Counted from the stretch's first letter, positions 43,251 through 53,181 are shown. The stretch is DNA of 64,000 nucleotides from Acidimicrobiales bacterium (GCA_024638815.1 JAHEJM010000003.1:39887-103886), one strand, 5' to 3'. Translations and numbers: made by a program. Notes: generated by a model not told the origin, from the sequence alone.

Positions 43251-45152
43251 TCAGCCGAAGGCCACCTCGTTGAACTCGACCCGGTTCCGGGTCACTCCTT
43301 CGCGGTCCACCGTGGTGCCGTGGTCGGTGATCCAGACCAGCACGAAAGACCCGGTGGTCCGGTCGAGGTCGATGGTGGTGTCGCCGGACACCCCGCTGAC
43401 CCCGCCGATCCTGTCCCCCCACTGGTCGGGGGAGAACTCGCCGATGTAGTCGGGCGGGAACGGCAGCTCGTCGGCGATGTAGACCTCGGCCGACCAGTTC
43501 TCGGTGGTGGTGGTGACCTCCAGGTCGTTCACCGCCGGTTCCCCATCGAGCTGGAAGATCACACCCACCCCGTTCTTGGAGGAGGAGAACTTCGGTGACG
43601 AGTAGGTCTTGGAGTACCAACGAGTGGTGGATTCGCCGTCGTAGGCCAGCGCCACCCGGCTGCCCCACTCGTCGCCGTCGCTACCGGGATCGAACGAAAA
43701 CCCGTCCACGATTGCGGTCGACCCGGCTCCGGCCCCGACCCCTCCGATATCGACGTTGCCGAACAGGTCACCGGCCATGGCCAGCAGCCCGGCCACCAGC
43801 AGACCGACGATGATCAGCACGGCAACCATGGTCCGGCCCAGCAGCGAGCGCCCCCTGGATTGGCGAACCGGCGCCGCCTCGCCCCGGGTTGGGAGGCCGG
43901 CCTCCGTGCGGCGATCGGACCCCCTCCGTCGGCGCCGCCGTTCCTTGCCGCTTCGGGTTTTGGGATCGTGGACATCGCCCCCGCGAACCATGTCGGGGGT
44001 CATGATGGCCGTCCCGTCCCGGGGTGGTGGCGGTGGGGCCGAACTTGGTGCGGGCGGGGGCGGCGGCGTCGAGGGCACCGACGAACCAGCCACCACCGGG
44101 GACGTCCCGGTGGTGGCCGGTGGCGGGCCGGCGAACGAGGGTGACGGGGCCGGACTCAACGGCGCCTGGTTGGTCAGGTCGACGGCGGCCAGCGCCGCCC
44201 TCAGCTCGGTGGCCGTGGCGAAGCGGTGGGCGGGGTCCATGGCCATGGCCCGGTGGATGGCCTCGTCCAGCCCCACCGGAATCCCGGCCCGACGTTCCCG
44301 GCACCGGGGAATCGGGGGCCGGAGTCGGGCCAGGGCGATGGCGGCGTCGGATTCGGCCTGGAACGGGACGCCTCCGGTCACGGCCTCGAACAGCACGACC
44401 CCCAGCGAGTAGATGTCGGCCCTCGGGTCGATGGCGTCCCCCGACACCTGCTCCGGGGCCAGGTACTTGGCCGTCCCCAGCAAGGTTCCGGTGAGGGTCA
44501 GGTCGGCGTCCTTGGTGGCCTTGGCGATACCGAAGTCGGTCACCACCACCCGACGGTCCTCGTCGATCATGATGTTGGCCGGCTTGATGTCGCGGTGCAC
44601 GATGCCGGCCCGGTGGGCCTCGCCCAGGGCATCGGCGATCTGGCAGCCGATGGCGACAACGGCCTTGGCGCTGAGCACCGGGTTCTCGTCCAGCAGCGCC
44701 CGCAGCGTCCGGCCCCTGATCAGCTCCATGACGATGGCCTCGATGTCCGAGCCGTTGAGCTTGTCGCTGATGGTGTCGTAGACGGCCACGATCGAGGTGT
44801 GCGACAGCCGGGCCGAGGCGATGGCCTCCCGCCGGAATCGGGCCACGAATCCCTCGTCATGGGCCAGATGGGAGTGAAGGATCTTGATGGCCACCGGTCG
44901 ATCGAGGATCTTGTCGTGACCCTGCCAGACCTGGGCCATGCCACCGGAGGCGATGGTGGTCTGCAACTCGTAGCGCCCGGACAGCACGACCCCCGGACCC
45001 ACCCCAAAGGGCTGCCCACCGCCTGGCCTCTGCGAATCCGGTGCCGCACCGGCCGCCGCCGGGGCCGGAGGTGGCGCCTCGGTCGGTCGCCGCGCCTCGC
45101 TCGACTCGAAGTTCACCCCACCTACGCTATCGCTCGCCGAGCCCTCAATCAT
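43251..45152 (-). CDS. Transmembrane Ser/Thr protein kinase with a Pro-rich linker and an extracellular beta-rich (galactose-binding/discoidin-like?) domain
   Basis: Hanks motifs VAIKIL, HRDIKPANIM, DFGIA and YLAPEQ. TM segment VAVLIIVGLLVAGLLAMAG. The likely start is ATG 45152. Confidence 0.85.
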   Translation of the reverse strand: MIEGSASDSVGGVNFESSEARRPTEAPPPAPAAAGAAPDSQRPGGGQPFGVGPGVVLSGRYELQTTIASGGMAQVWQGHDKILDRPVAIKILHSHLAHDEGFVARFRREAIASARLSHTSIVAVYDTISDKLNGSDIEAIVMELIRGRTLRALLDENPVLSAKAVVAIGCQIADALGEAHRAGIVHRDIKPANIMIDEDRRVVVTDFGIAKATKDADLTLTGTLLGTAKYLAPEQVSGDAIDPRADIYSLGVVLFEAVTGGVPFQAESDAAIALARLRPPIPRCRERRAGIPVGLDEAIHRAMAMDPAHRFATATELRAALAAVDLTNQAPLSPAPSPSFAGPPPATTGTSPVVAGSSVPSTPPPPPAPSSAPPPPPRDGTAIMTPDMVRGGDVHDPKTRSGKERRRRRRGSDRRTEAGLPTRGEAAPVRQSRGRSLLGRTMVAVLIIVGLLVAGLLAMAGDLFGNVDIGGVGAGAGSTAIVDGFSFDPGSDGDEWGSRVALAYDGESTTRWYSKTYSSPKFSSSKNGVGVIFQLDGEPAVNDLEVTTTTENWSAEVYIADELPFPPDYIGEFSPDQWGDRIGGVSGVSGDTTIDLDRTTGSFVLVWITDHGTTVDREGVTRNRVEFNEVAFG

Positions 45153-45238
45153 TTCGGCCCCCTTTTCGTTGTCACCGAGCCGGGTTAGGGTCGGGGGGGA
45201 GGGCCGGCACATAGCCGCACGGACCACGGGGGCACGGT

Positions 45239-46093
45239 GTGAACATCTCGGATAATCTCAGCTCGCAGTCGGTATCGGACGTGAACCTCTCACGCCACAC
45301 CACGGTCGGACCCGATGACACGGTGGCCGCCACCGTGGCCGGAATGGCCGATCAGGGGTTTGCCACCGCCTGTGTGGTCGACGATGGCATGCTCAAAGGC
45401 CTGTTCACCCAGCGGGACTACACGTTGGGGGTGGCCGGCCGCTCCGATGTCTGGGCCAGCCCCATCTCGACCCAGATGGTGGAATCCCCTCTGATCACCC
45501 TGGGTCCCGACGACACCCTGGCCGACGGCCTGCACCTGATGAACACCTGGTGGATCAGCAGCGTGCCCATCGTCGACGACGGGCGATTGGTCGGCAACCT
45601 CTCCTACTACACGCTGATGGAGACCATCACCGGGCTACTGAGTTCCCGGGTCGGGATCTCGGGCGACGAGGCGACGATGCACGACGGCCTGTCGTTCGTG
45701 GACTTCACCGGGATCAACACGACCCCGCCGGTGCTGGTCGCCCCCGACGATTCGGCCCAGACCGCGGTGCACCACGTCCGGGCCCGGGGCATTCCGATGG
45801 TCCTGGTGGCCGATGAGCATCACAACCTGGTGGGCAAGGTCAGCGAGTTCGATCTGTTGACCAAGGCCGGCTGCACCGTGGCCGATCTGCGAGCCCTGTC
45901 CATGGCCGAGGTCATGGACACCGCCCCGCCGTCCATTCCGGCCCGGACCTCGGTGGCCGACGCCATGGCCCTATTGGTGGCCAACGAGTCGTCGTCGGTC
46001 CCCCTGGTCGGCGAGTCGGGGAGACCGGTCGGCATGGCCTCGTTCCATGACATCACCGGTTACATCGAGTCCACCCTCGCCACTCTCGACTGA
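45239..46093 (+). CDS. Protein with four CBS domains (two Bateman modules)
   Basis: 284 aa. Repeated CBS-like blocks (e.g. SVPIVDDGRLVGNLSYYTLME; VPLVGESGRPVGMASFHDITGYI). Confidence 0.75.
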   Translation: MNISDNLSSQSVSDVNLSRHTTVGPDDTVAATVAGMADQGFATACVVDDGMLKGLFTQRDYTLGVAGRSDVWASPISTQMVESPLITLGPDDTLADGLHLMNTWWISSVPIVDDGRLVGNLSYYTLMETITGLLSSRVGISGDEATMHDGLSFVDFTGINTTPPVLVAPDDSAQTAVHHVRARGIPMVLVADEHHNLVGKVSEFDLLTKAGCTVADLRALSMAEVMDTAPPSIPARTSVADAMALLVANESSSVPLVGESGRPVGMASFHDITGYIESTLATLD

Positions 46094-48061
46094 GTCCGGG
46101 CCCCATTTCCGGACCCGGCGCAACTTCCGGTGGTCGATGAACCACCAGATGATCAGGAACACCAGGGCCCCGCCCGAGATGAGCAGTCCCAGCCCCGGCA
46201 CCGCGGTGGAGCGGACCTGGAACTGGTTGGTGGCCAGTCGAATGTTGCCGTCGGGGGTCCAGACCGACACCTCGATCTGGCTCGATCCCAGTGACCGGGC
46301 CTGCACCTCGACATCGATCGAACTGGTGCCGGGCTCCACGGTCACCAGCTGGGAATCCTGCAACACCTTGAACTTGTCGCTGCGAAAGCGGAGCATGATT
46401 TGGCGGGGTCCGGCGGCGCGGCTTTCGATGATGAGGGGAACCGAACCATCCCGGGCCGCCATGGTGACGGTCTGGGCCACCGGCAGGGTGATGACCTCCA
46501 GCTCCTGACCCAGCTCCTCGGAGAACACCAGCAGGGCTCGGCGCCGGTCGTCGACGTTGCGCTCCAGAGCCAGCGCCGACCACAGTCGCCGCCGGTATTC
46601 GTCGGGAGTGGTGCCGATGCCGTCGCCATCGGTGTCGCCCGACATCGCCTCGAAGCCGGCCAGAATCGATTCGATGTCGGCCAGCAGGCCGGACTCGGCG
46701 GCCAGGTTCTGGGTCGGCCGTTCGGCCGGCCGGCGCCGGAGGTTGGTGTCGGCCACCTCACTCAGCCCCAGAGCCCGGGTTGCGTCGGTCTCGGCCAGCC
46801 AGCCCAGGAACACGTCCAGCCCGTCGATCGGTCGCTGGCCCAGTGCCGGTCCCCCCAACACCACCGGGGTGTTGTCGTTCCCGGCCCGCAGGGCCAGATG
46901 GGCCAGGACCCGGTTGGCCTGCAGAACCCCCGAGGTCCCCTCGTCGAACAGTTCGCTGAGATCGGTGTCGAACCGCAGCAGATCGATGCGATGGTCACCG
47001 GCCTGCAGGTAACCGTTGCTGGTCGAGGCCGGGCTGGTGTCGACGACGGTCGTGATCCCCATCTCGCCCAGCGTCTCCACCCCGGCCGCCGTCAGCTCGC
47101 GGGTGACCACCGTGGTGTCGGTCTCGGGTTCCAGCCCGAGGAGTCGCAGATCGTCCCAGGTCTCATCGAGGGCCCGCTGGTAGATGCCGGGGCGGCCGAT
47201 CTCGGCCAGGGCCGACGGGTCGAGATCGACCATGGGCCCGCTGATCACCGGTCGATCGCCAACGGCTTGGGCGAATTCGGCCGCCAGCTCGGTGTCGGCG
47301 CGCAGTTGGGACGCCACCCCCTCGCTCATCAGAATCGTGATCGGTGCGGTGGGATGGTTGAGGAGCAACCGTCGGGCGTCGTCCACCGTCACCCCTTCGG
47401 CCGGGACAACGGTCAGTACGGTGGCCACGCCCAGGGGCCGGGCGAAGGGCAGGTCGTCAGGATTCTGCTGGTTGTCGGGATCCCGGTCTCCATCGGACAT
47501 CCGGATCAGATTGGTCCTGTTGGCGGCCACCGTCCCGTCGTTGTTGCGGAGCTCGATGGTGACCGGATAGACACCGGATTCGGTCAGCAGCACCCGGGAT
47601 GTCTGGGTGTCACCGCCGGACCGGAGGGGGAGTTCGAGCCGATAGTGGCCGGCGCGACTCGGCACCAGGTCGCCGAGACGGACCGGTTCCAGCCGGTTGA
47701 GGGGAACCGAGGGTGGAAGGTCGACACCGGGCTCGTCGGCGACGCGATCGAACACGGTGACGGCCAGCTCGAAGTCCTCCGCCTCGGATCGCCGCGTCAG
47801 GAGATCGGCCGGGGTGATGGCCACCTCGACCAGGAAGCTGCCATCGGCCGCCACCACCGACGACTGGGCGGTCACGGTGAGGAAGATCGGGGGTAGCGGG
47901 GCCTCGTCGCCGGTGCCGGTGTCGGTCTGGGCCGCCGCCGGGGTTGTCACGGCCACCGCCACGAAGGCGAGCAGCCCGAGGATGCACCGGCCGAGGATGT
48001 ACTGGAATCGGGGGTGGGTCGAAGTCCGCCGCGACCAGCCGGTCACGTGTCCCGGTCCCAT
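45971..48061 (-). CDS. Large secreted protein with a C-terminal TM anchor (DUF6049/Rv3909-like by position and architecture)
   Basis: Signal peptide ILGLLAFVAVAVTTPAAAQT. C-terminal TM segment GLGLLISGGALVFLIIWWFI. It lies next to the GNAT and CCA-enzyme genes, as in mycobacterial ori-proximal synteny (from memory). Confidence 0.65.
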   Translation of the reverse strand: MGPGHVTGWSRRTSTHPRFQYILGRCILGLLAFVAVAVTTPAAAQTDTGTGDEAPLPPIFLTVTAQSSVVAADGSFLVEVAITPADLLTRRSEAEDFELAVTVFDRVADEPGVDLPPSVPLNRLEPVRLGDLVPSRAGHYRLELPLRSGGDTQTSRVLLTESGVYPVTIELRNNDGTVAANRTNLIRMSDGDRDPDNQQNPDDLPFARPLGVATVLTVVPAEGVTVDDARRLLLNHPTAPITILMSEGVASQLRADTELAAEFAQAVGDRPVISGPMVDLDPSALAEIGRPGIYQRALDETWDDLRLLGLEPETDTTVVTRELTAAGVETLGEMGITTVVDTSPASTSNGYLQAGDHRIDLLRFDTDLSELFDEGTSGVLQANRVLAHLALRAGNDNTPVVLGGPALGQRPIDGLDVFLGWLAETDATRALGLSEVADTNLRRRPAERPTQNLAAESGLLADIESILAGFEAMSGDTDGDGIGTTPDEYRRRLWSALALERNVDDRRRALLVFSEELGQELEVITLPVAQTVTMAARDGSVPLIIESRAAGPRQIMLRFRSDKFKVLQDSQLVTVEPGTSSIDVEVQARSLGSSQIEVSVWTPDGNIRLATNQFQVRSTAVPGLGLLISGGALVFLIIWWFIDHRKLRRVRKWGPDSVESGEGGLDVTGDVMERGHADRSPRLADQGDRRRLVGHQ

Positions 48062-48864
48062 CGCAACACCATGAGTCCTTCACGCTGTTGGATGAAACCG
48101 AGATTGATGTAGAGGTCGAGGGCCCGCCGATTGGTCTCCTGGGTGTTGACCAGAGCGGTGACCACACCCCGTCGCCGCAGCCAGTTCGACGAATCCTCGA
48201 CCAGGGTGGTGCCCACGCCCTGGCCCTGACAGGCGGGATCGACCGCCAGTCGCTGAAGGTAGCCTCGGGACTCGGTGCGACCGGTCACGGCATAGCCCAC
48301 GTACCGGTCGTCGACCCGGGCCAATCGGGCATAGCTGTGGGGTGTTGCCTTGAGGGCTTCGCCCAGCGAGTAGTCATCGAACCGCCAGAATCCTTTGAAC
48401 GCCTTGGCGTCGATGTCGAGCATGATGCGACGATGCCACCGGCGGGCCCGTACCAGCTCGACCCCGGGGGCCGGCTCGAACTGGGGCCGGTTCATGGTGC
48501 AAACGGTCGTGGCGCTCAGATTCCGGGCCAGGAGATGGAGGCGTTCATACAAGGTGAACCCGGCCTGGAAGAACGGTTCCGCCTCCACCGGGTTGAGAGC
48601 CGGGGTCACGGCCTGTTGCACACCCCGGCGATCGAGCCGGGACAGACACCGCGTGATCTCGGCCACCGTGGGGCCCCGTCGAATGCGGGCCGGGCCGACC
48701 AGGGCGGTGTAGGGATCGCCCTGCCATCGCGCAACACGAAGATGCCGGGCCGACAGTCCGACGCCGGACCCGGTGAGTCCGGGACCGGTCTTGGCCCGAG
48801 AGCCACTGTCGATCGGGCGAGGAAGCGAGCGGTGCTGAGCGGCTGTGAGATCCACCACTCCCAA
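48043..48864 (-). CDS. GNAT-family N-acetyltransferase
   Basis: YLQRLAVDPACQGQGVGTTLV...NRRALDLYINLGF (acetyl-CoA binding Q/RxxGxG/A motif). Confidence 0.8.
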   Translation of the reverse strand: MGVVDLTAAQHRSLPRPIDSGSRAKTGPGLTGSGVGLSARHLRVARWQGDPYTALVGPARIRRGPTVAEITRCLSRLDRRGVQQAVTPALNPVEAEPFFQAGFTLYERLHLLARNLSATTVCTMNRPQFEPAPGVELVRARRWHRRIMLDIDAKAFKGFWRFDDYSLGEALKATPHSYARLARVDDRYVGYAVTGRTESRGYLQRLAVDPACQGQGVGTTLVEDSSNWLRRRGVVTALVNTQETNRRALDLYINLGFIQQREGLMVLRWDRDT

Positions 48865-48950
48865 CAGTACTGCATCAACCGGACTATGGACACCCGACCG
48901 TTCGTGGGCAGATTGCTGAGGTATATCCTTGTAACAACGTCAGGAGTTAC

Positions 48951-49958
48951 ATGTCGGGACTGATCATCGCCTCCCACGATCTGTGCCGGTTGCACGATCC
49001 CGGGCCCGGGCATCCGGAGAACGCCCACCGGCTGACTGCGGTTCGGCGCGGCCTGACCGATGCCGGGCTGGACGAGGCGATCACCTGGATCGAGGCTCCG
49101 GAGGCGGACCGCGCCGCCATCGACGCGGTGCACCACCACTATCTCTTCGATCGACTGGAGCAATTGGCCGGGGCCGGTGGTGGTGCCATCGATCCCGACA
49201 CCACCGTGTCGGCCGACTCGGGGGCCGCCGCCCTTCGGGCCGCCGGTGCCGGGCTGGAGCTGATCGAGCGGTTGAAGCGGGGCGAGGCCTCGGCCGGCTG
49301 GTCGGTGGTTCGCCCCCCCGGTCACCACGCCACCCCGGACCGGCAGATGGGGTTCTGCCTGTTCAACAACATCGCCATCGCCGCCCGATCGTTGGCATCC
49401 GAAGGGGAACGGGTACTGATCGTCGACGTCGACGCCCATCACGGCAACGGCACCCAGGATGCCTTTTATCGTGACCCGAACGTGATGTTCGTCAGCTTCC
49501 ACCAGTTCCCGTGGTACCCGTTCACCGGCCGTCCCGACGAAACTGGGGAGAGCGAGGGCCGGGGCACCACGGTCAACATCGCCCTGCCCGCCGGCGCCAC
49601 CGGCGACACCTACCGCCACGCCTTCAACACCGTCGTGGTCCCCAAGGTCGAGGCCTTCGCTCCGACCTGGGTGCTGGTGTCGGCCGGTTTCGACGGCCAC
49701 CGCCGCGACCCCCTGACCGATCTGGGACTGACCTCGGTCGACTACGCCGATCTGATCGACGCCGTTCTCGACCTGGTGCCGGCCGGTCGCCGCCTGCTGT
49801 TCCTCGAGGGGGGATACGACTATCAGGCTCTGGCCCACACCGCCGGTGCGGTGGCGGCTCGACTGCTGGGTGAATCATTCCGACCCGAGGATCCCACTTC
49901 CGGCGGCCCGGGCGAGGAACACGTCGAGATGGTTCGGGCCATTCACGAACGGCTATGA
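48951..49958 (+). CDS. Histone deacetylase-family (AcuC/Aph-like) amidohydrolase
   Basis: RPPGHHATPDRQMGFCLFNNIAIAA, VDVDAHHGNGTQDAFY, GGYD. Confidence 0.9.
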   Translation: MSGLIIASHDLCRLHDPGPGHPENAHRLTAVRRGLTDAGLDEAITWIEAPEADRAAIDAVHHHYLFDRLEQLAGAGGGAIDPDTTVSADSGAAALRAAGAGLELIERLKRGEASAGWSVVRPPGHHATPDRQMGFCLFNNIAIAARSLASEGERVLIVDVDAHHGNGTQDAFYRDPNVMFVSFHQFPWYPFTGRPDETGESEGRGTTVNIALPAGATGDTYRHAFNTVVVPKVEAFAPTWVLVSAGFDGHRRDPLTDLGLTSVDYADLIDAVLDLVPAGRRLLFLEGGYDYQALAHTAGAVAARLLGESFRPEDPTSGGPGEEHVEMVRAIHERL

Positions 49959-51301
49959 ACCCGGCTGTAACCGACGAGAGCGAGCACGAACAGGTCCGGC
50001 GCGGCCTGGCCTCGTTGTTGCCGGTGCTGGAACCGGTGGCCCGACGGTTCGCCGAAGCCGGCTATCGCCTCTACCTGGTGGGAGGGATCGTTCGCGATCT
50101 CCTGGTCACCGGCTCGGCCGAGGATGCCGATGTCGACCTGACCACCGATGCCGAGCCGGGTGCGATCAAGGACCTGACCACGCCGTCGGCCACCGCTCTA
50201 TGGACCCAGGGTGAGCGGTTCGGCACCATCGGTGCCCGGGTCGGCGACCGGGATGTCGAGATTACGACCCATCGAGGCGAACACTACGATCCCCGGTCCC
50301 GCAAGCCGGTGGTCAGCTTCGGCCACGAGCTTCGGGAGGATCTGTCCCGCCGGGATTTCACGGTCAACGCCATGGCCATCGGGCTGCCGAGCCTCGACCT
50401 GTTCGACCCGTTCGACGGTCGGGGCGATCTCGAGTCCCGAGTGCTCCGCACCCCGCTGTCGCCCCAGATTTCGTTCACCGACGATCCGCTGCGCATGCTG
50501 CGGGCCGCTCGATTCCTGTCTCGCCTGGTCCTGAGTCCGACCGATGAGCTGACCGAGGCGGCCACGGCCATGTCCGAACGGCTGGCCATCGTCTCGGTCG
50601 AGCGAGTGGCCGACGAGTTGGAGCGCCTGCTGTCGGTGCCCGACCCAGGAGCCGGTTTCCGTTTCCTGCAGCGGACCGGGCTGTTGGATCAGGTTGTCCT
50701 CGACCTACCGGACGGTTCTCACGATCTTGCCGTGGCGTTGGCCTCCGCCCGATCCGGTGCGGAGACCGAGCACGATGCCGCCCTGGTCCGGCGGGCCGGG
50801 TTGTTGTGGCCGGTGGCCGACGTCGGCCGCGCCCTGTCTCGACTCCGCTACTCCAATGCCGATCGCAAGGCCACCGTCGATCTGGTGGAATCGGTGCGAT
50901 GGTGGATCGACGGTCAGCATTCATCAGCCGCCGATGGCCGCCGGCTGCTGGATCGTGTCGGTGGCGAACGGGTGGGCGCCGTCGAGTGCTTCGCCCGTCG
51001 GCTGGGCCCGGTCCTCGAAGCCGAGCTGGGTGACACCGGCGGTGCTGCGGCTTGTCGCCACCTGGTCGATGCACTCGATCAGTTGACAGCCGTCGGAGAT
51101 GTCGGACCCTACGAGCCGCCGTTGAGTGGGCAGGAGATCATGGATCAACTCGGCCTGGCCCCCGGCCCGGAAATCGGTCGGGTCGAGAGACTGCTCAAAC
51201 AGCACCGTCTCGAGCACGGCCCGATGACGGTCGCTGAAGCCCGGGATGTGGTCGAGCGGCTGACCTCCGACCGAACACCGGGCTCTCGGCCTACTGCTTG
51301 A
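49955..51301 (+). CDS. cca: CCA-adding tRNA nucleotidyltransferase / poly(A) polymerase family (PcnA-like) with an HD-like C-terminal region
   Basis: LYLVGGIVRDLLV...DVDLTTDA...RDFTVNAM. ATGA overlap with the HDAC-like gene. Confidence 0.85.
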   Translation: MNPAVTDESEHEQVRRGLASLLPVLEPVARRFAEAGYRLYLVGGIVRDLLVTGSAEDADVDLTTDAEPGAIKDLTTPSATALWTQGERFGTIGARVGDRDVEITTHRGEHYDPRSRKPVVSFGHELREDLSRRDFTVNAMAIGLPSLDLFDPFDGRGDLESRVLRTPLSPQISFTDDPLRMLRAARFLSRLVLSPTDELTEAATAMSERLAIVSVERVADELERLLSVPDPGAGFRFLQRTGLLDQVVLDLPDGSHDLAVALASARSGAETEHDAALVRRAGLLWPVADVGRALSRLRYSNADRKATVDLVESVRWWIDGQHSSAADGRRLLDRVGGERVGAVECFARRLGPVLEAELGDTGGAAACRHLVDALDQLTAVGDVGPYEPPLSGQEIMDQLGLAPGPEIGRVERLLKQHRLEHGPMTVAEARDVVERLTSDRTPGSRPTA

Positions 51302-52139
51302 ACCGACCCTTCTGCTTCAGGTCGGCCTCCATGTTCTTCACCTCGATGTCACCGGCGATCACGATGTCGGCGTCGGGGGTGAAGTCAATCTCGGTGTCAC
51401 GACCCTCGTAGTCGACGGCGTTGAGGATGCAACGCATGGCGTTCATCCGGGCCAGGTGCTTGTCGTTGGACCGGATCACGGTCCATGGTGCGGGTTCGGT
51501 GTGGGTGCGCTTGAGCATCCGGTATTTTCGTTCGGTGAAATCGTCCCAGTGCTGCTGGGCCTGCATGTCGATTTCACTGAACTTCCATTGCCGGAGCGGA
51601 TCACCCTGACGGCTGTCGAACCGGCGTTGCTGCTCCTTCTTGGTCACCGAGAAGTAGAGCTTGACCAGAATGGTGCCCTGACGGACCAGGTCCTTTTCGA
51701 AACCCACGACACCGTGCATGAAGTTCTCGTGTTCGGCCTCGGTGCAGAACCCGAACACCGGCTCCACCATGGCCCGGTTGTACCAACTCCGGTCGAAGAA
51801 CACGACCTCGCCACCCCGGGGGAATCGCTCCACATAGCGCTGGAAGTACCACTGCGTCTTCTGGGTGTCGGTGGGCTTGCCCAGGGCCACCACCCGGTAG
51901 TGTTTCTCGTTCATGTAGCGAGTGGTGCGGCGAATGGTGCCGCCCTTGCCGGCGGCATCCCGACCCTCGAACAGCACCACCATGCGCTGGTTCTGCTTCT
52001 CGATATGGTCCTGCAGCTTCAGCAGCTCGACCTGGAACGGAACCAGGGCCAACTCCTGGTCCTCCTTCTTGGCCAGTCGCTTGTAGCGGCTCTGGTCGAT
52101 GTCCTTGACGTTGGTCTCCTCGGGTTCACTGCCGGTCAT
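51291..52139 (-). CDS. ppk2: Polyphosphate kinase 2 (single-domain PPK2)
   Basis: VLFEGRDAAGKGGTIRR (Walker A), YFQRYVERFPRGGEVVFFDRSWYNR. The likely start is ATG 52139. Confidence 0.85.
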   Translation of the reverse strand: MTGSEPEETNVKDIDQSRYKRLAKKEDQELALVPFQVELLKLQDHIEKQNQRMVVLFEGRDAAGKGGTIRRTTRYMNEKHYRVVALGKPTDTQKTQWYFQRYVERFPRGGEVVFFDRSWYNRAMVEPVFGFCTEAEHENFMHGVVGFEKDLVRQGTILVKLYFSVTKKEQQRRFDSRQGDPLRQWKFSEIDMQAQQHWDDFTERKYRMLKRTHTEPAPWTVIRSNDKHLARMNAMRCILNAVDYEGRDTEIDFTPDADIVIAGDIEVKNMEADLKQKGRFKQ

Positions 52140-52341
52140 AATGGGCTCGCTTGATCGATGGCTGGTAGCGTTAGACGGCGGTTGAAGATTGTCCAGGCTA
52201 GGCCACGATTGGACCAGTCCGGGGGTGAAACGGCCTGTCACCCTCACCCTGTCGGCGTGAAGGCCGAATGGCTGAGAGATGAATTCCTCGTTCCGAGCAT
52301 GCCATACTCGGTGTGGAGGGGAGAAGTGGAAGGAGAAAGCT

Positions 52342-53181
52342 GTGGCCAAGCAATCACAGGTCTGGTTGACGGAATACCCGGCGGGGAAGGAGAACTACAC
52401 GGCCTCGGGAAGGGTCAAGAAGGACTTCTACGAAAAGAAGTTGGAGAAGGTGCAGGAGGAGCTGGTCAAGCTCCAGTACTGGGTCCAGAGCCAGGGCCTC
52501 CGCGTGTTGATCATCTTCGAGGGTCGGGGCTCGGCCGGCAAGGGTGGCGTGATCAAGCGCATCACCGAGCGCACCAGTCCCCGCATCGTCCGCACGGTGG
52601 CCCTCCCGAAACCGACCGAGCGAGAGCTGACCCAGTGGTACTTCCAGCGCTACGTGCCCCATCTTCCCGCCGGTGGCGAGGTGGTGCTGTTCGACCGGAG
52701 TTGGTACAACCGTTCCAACGTCGAGTGGGTCATGGGCTTCTGCTCCAAGGAGCAGCATCAGGAGTTCCTCCGGTCCTGCCCCGAGTTCGAGCGCATGCTG
52801 GTTCGCTCCGGCATCATCCTGCTGAAGTACTGGTTCTCCATCAGCTACGAGGAGCAGGAGAGGCGGTTCCGGGCCCGCAACCAGGAACCGATCAAGCGGT
52901 GGAAGCTGTCGGACATGGACTTGGAGGAGCACCGACTCTACACCAGGTACTCCATGGCCAAGGACACCACCTTTCAGTACACCGACATCAAACAGGCCCC
53001 GTGGTACGTGGTGCCGTCGGACGACAAGCGTCGGGCCCGGTTGAACTGCATGAGCCACATCCTGTCCCAGATCCCGTACGAGGATGTGTTGCCTGATCCC
53101 ATCGAGATCCCCAAGGCGGAGAAGATGCCCTACATTCGGCCCCCGCTGACCGAGCAGACCATCGTTCCCCAGCTGTACTGA
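52342..53181 (+). CDS. ppk2: Polyphosphate kinase 2 (single-domain PPK2), divergent paralogue
   Basis: IIFEGRGSAGKGGVIKR, YFQRYVPHLPAGGEVVLFDRSWYNR. The likely start is GTG 52342, preceded by GGAAGGAGA. Confidence 0.85.
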   Translation: MAKQSQVWLTEYPAGKENYTASGRVKKDFYEKKLEKVQEELVKLQYWVQSQGLRVLIIFEGRGSAGKGGVIKRITERTSPRIVRTVALPKPTERELTQWYFQRYVPHLPAGGEVVLFDRSWYNRSNVEWVMGFCSKEQHQEFLRSCPEFERMLVRSGIILLKYWFSISYEEQERRFRARNQEPIKRWKLSDMDLEEHRLYTRYSMAKDTTFQYTDIKQAPWYVVPSDDKRRARLNCMSHILSQIPYEDVLPDPIEIPKAEKMPYIRPPLTEQTIVPQLY

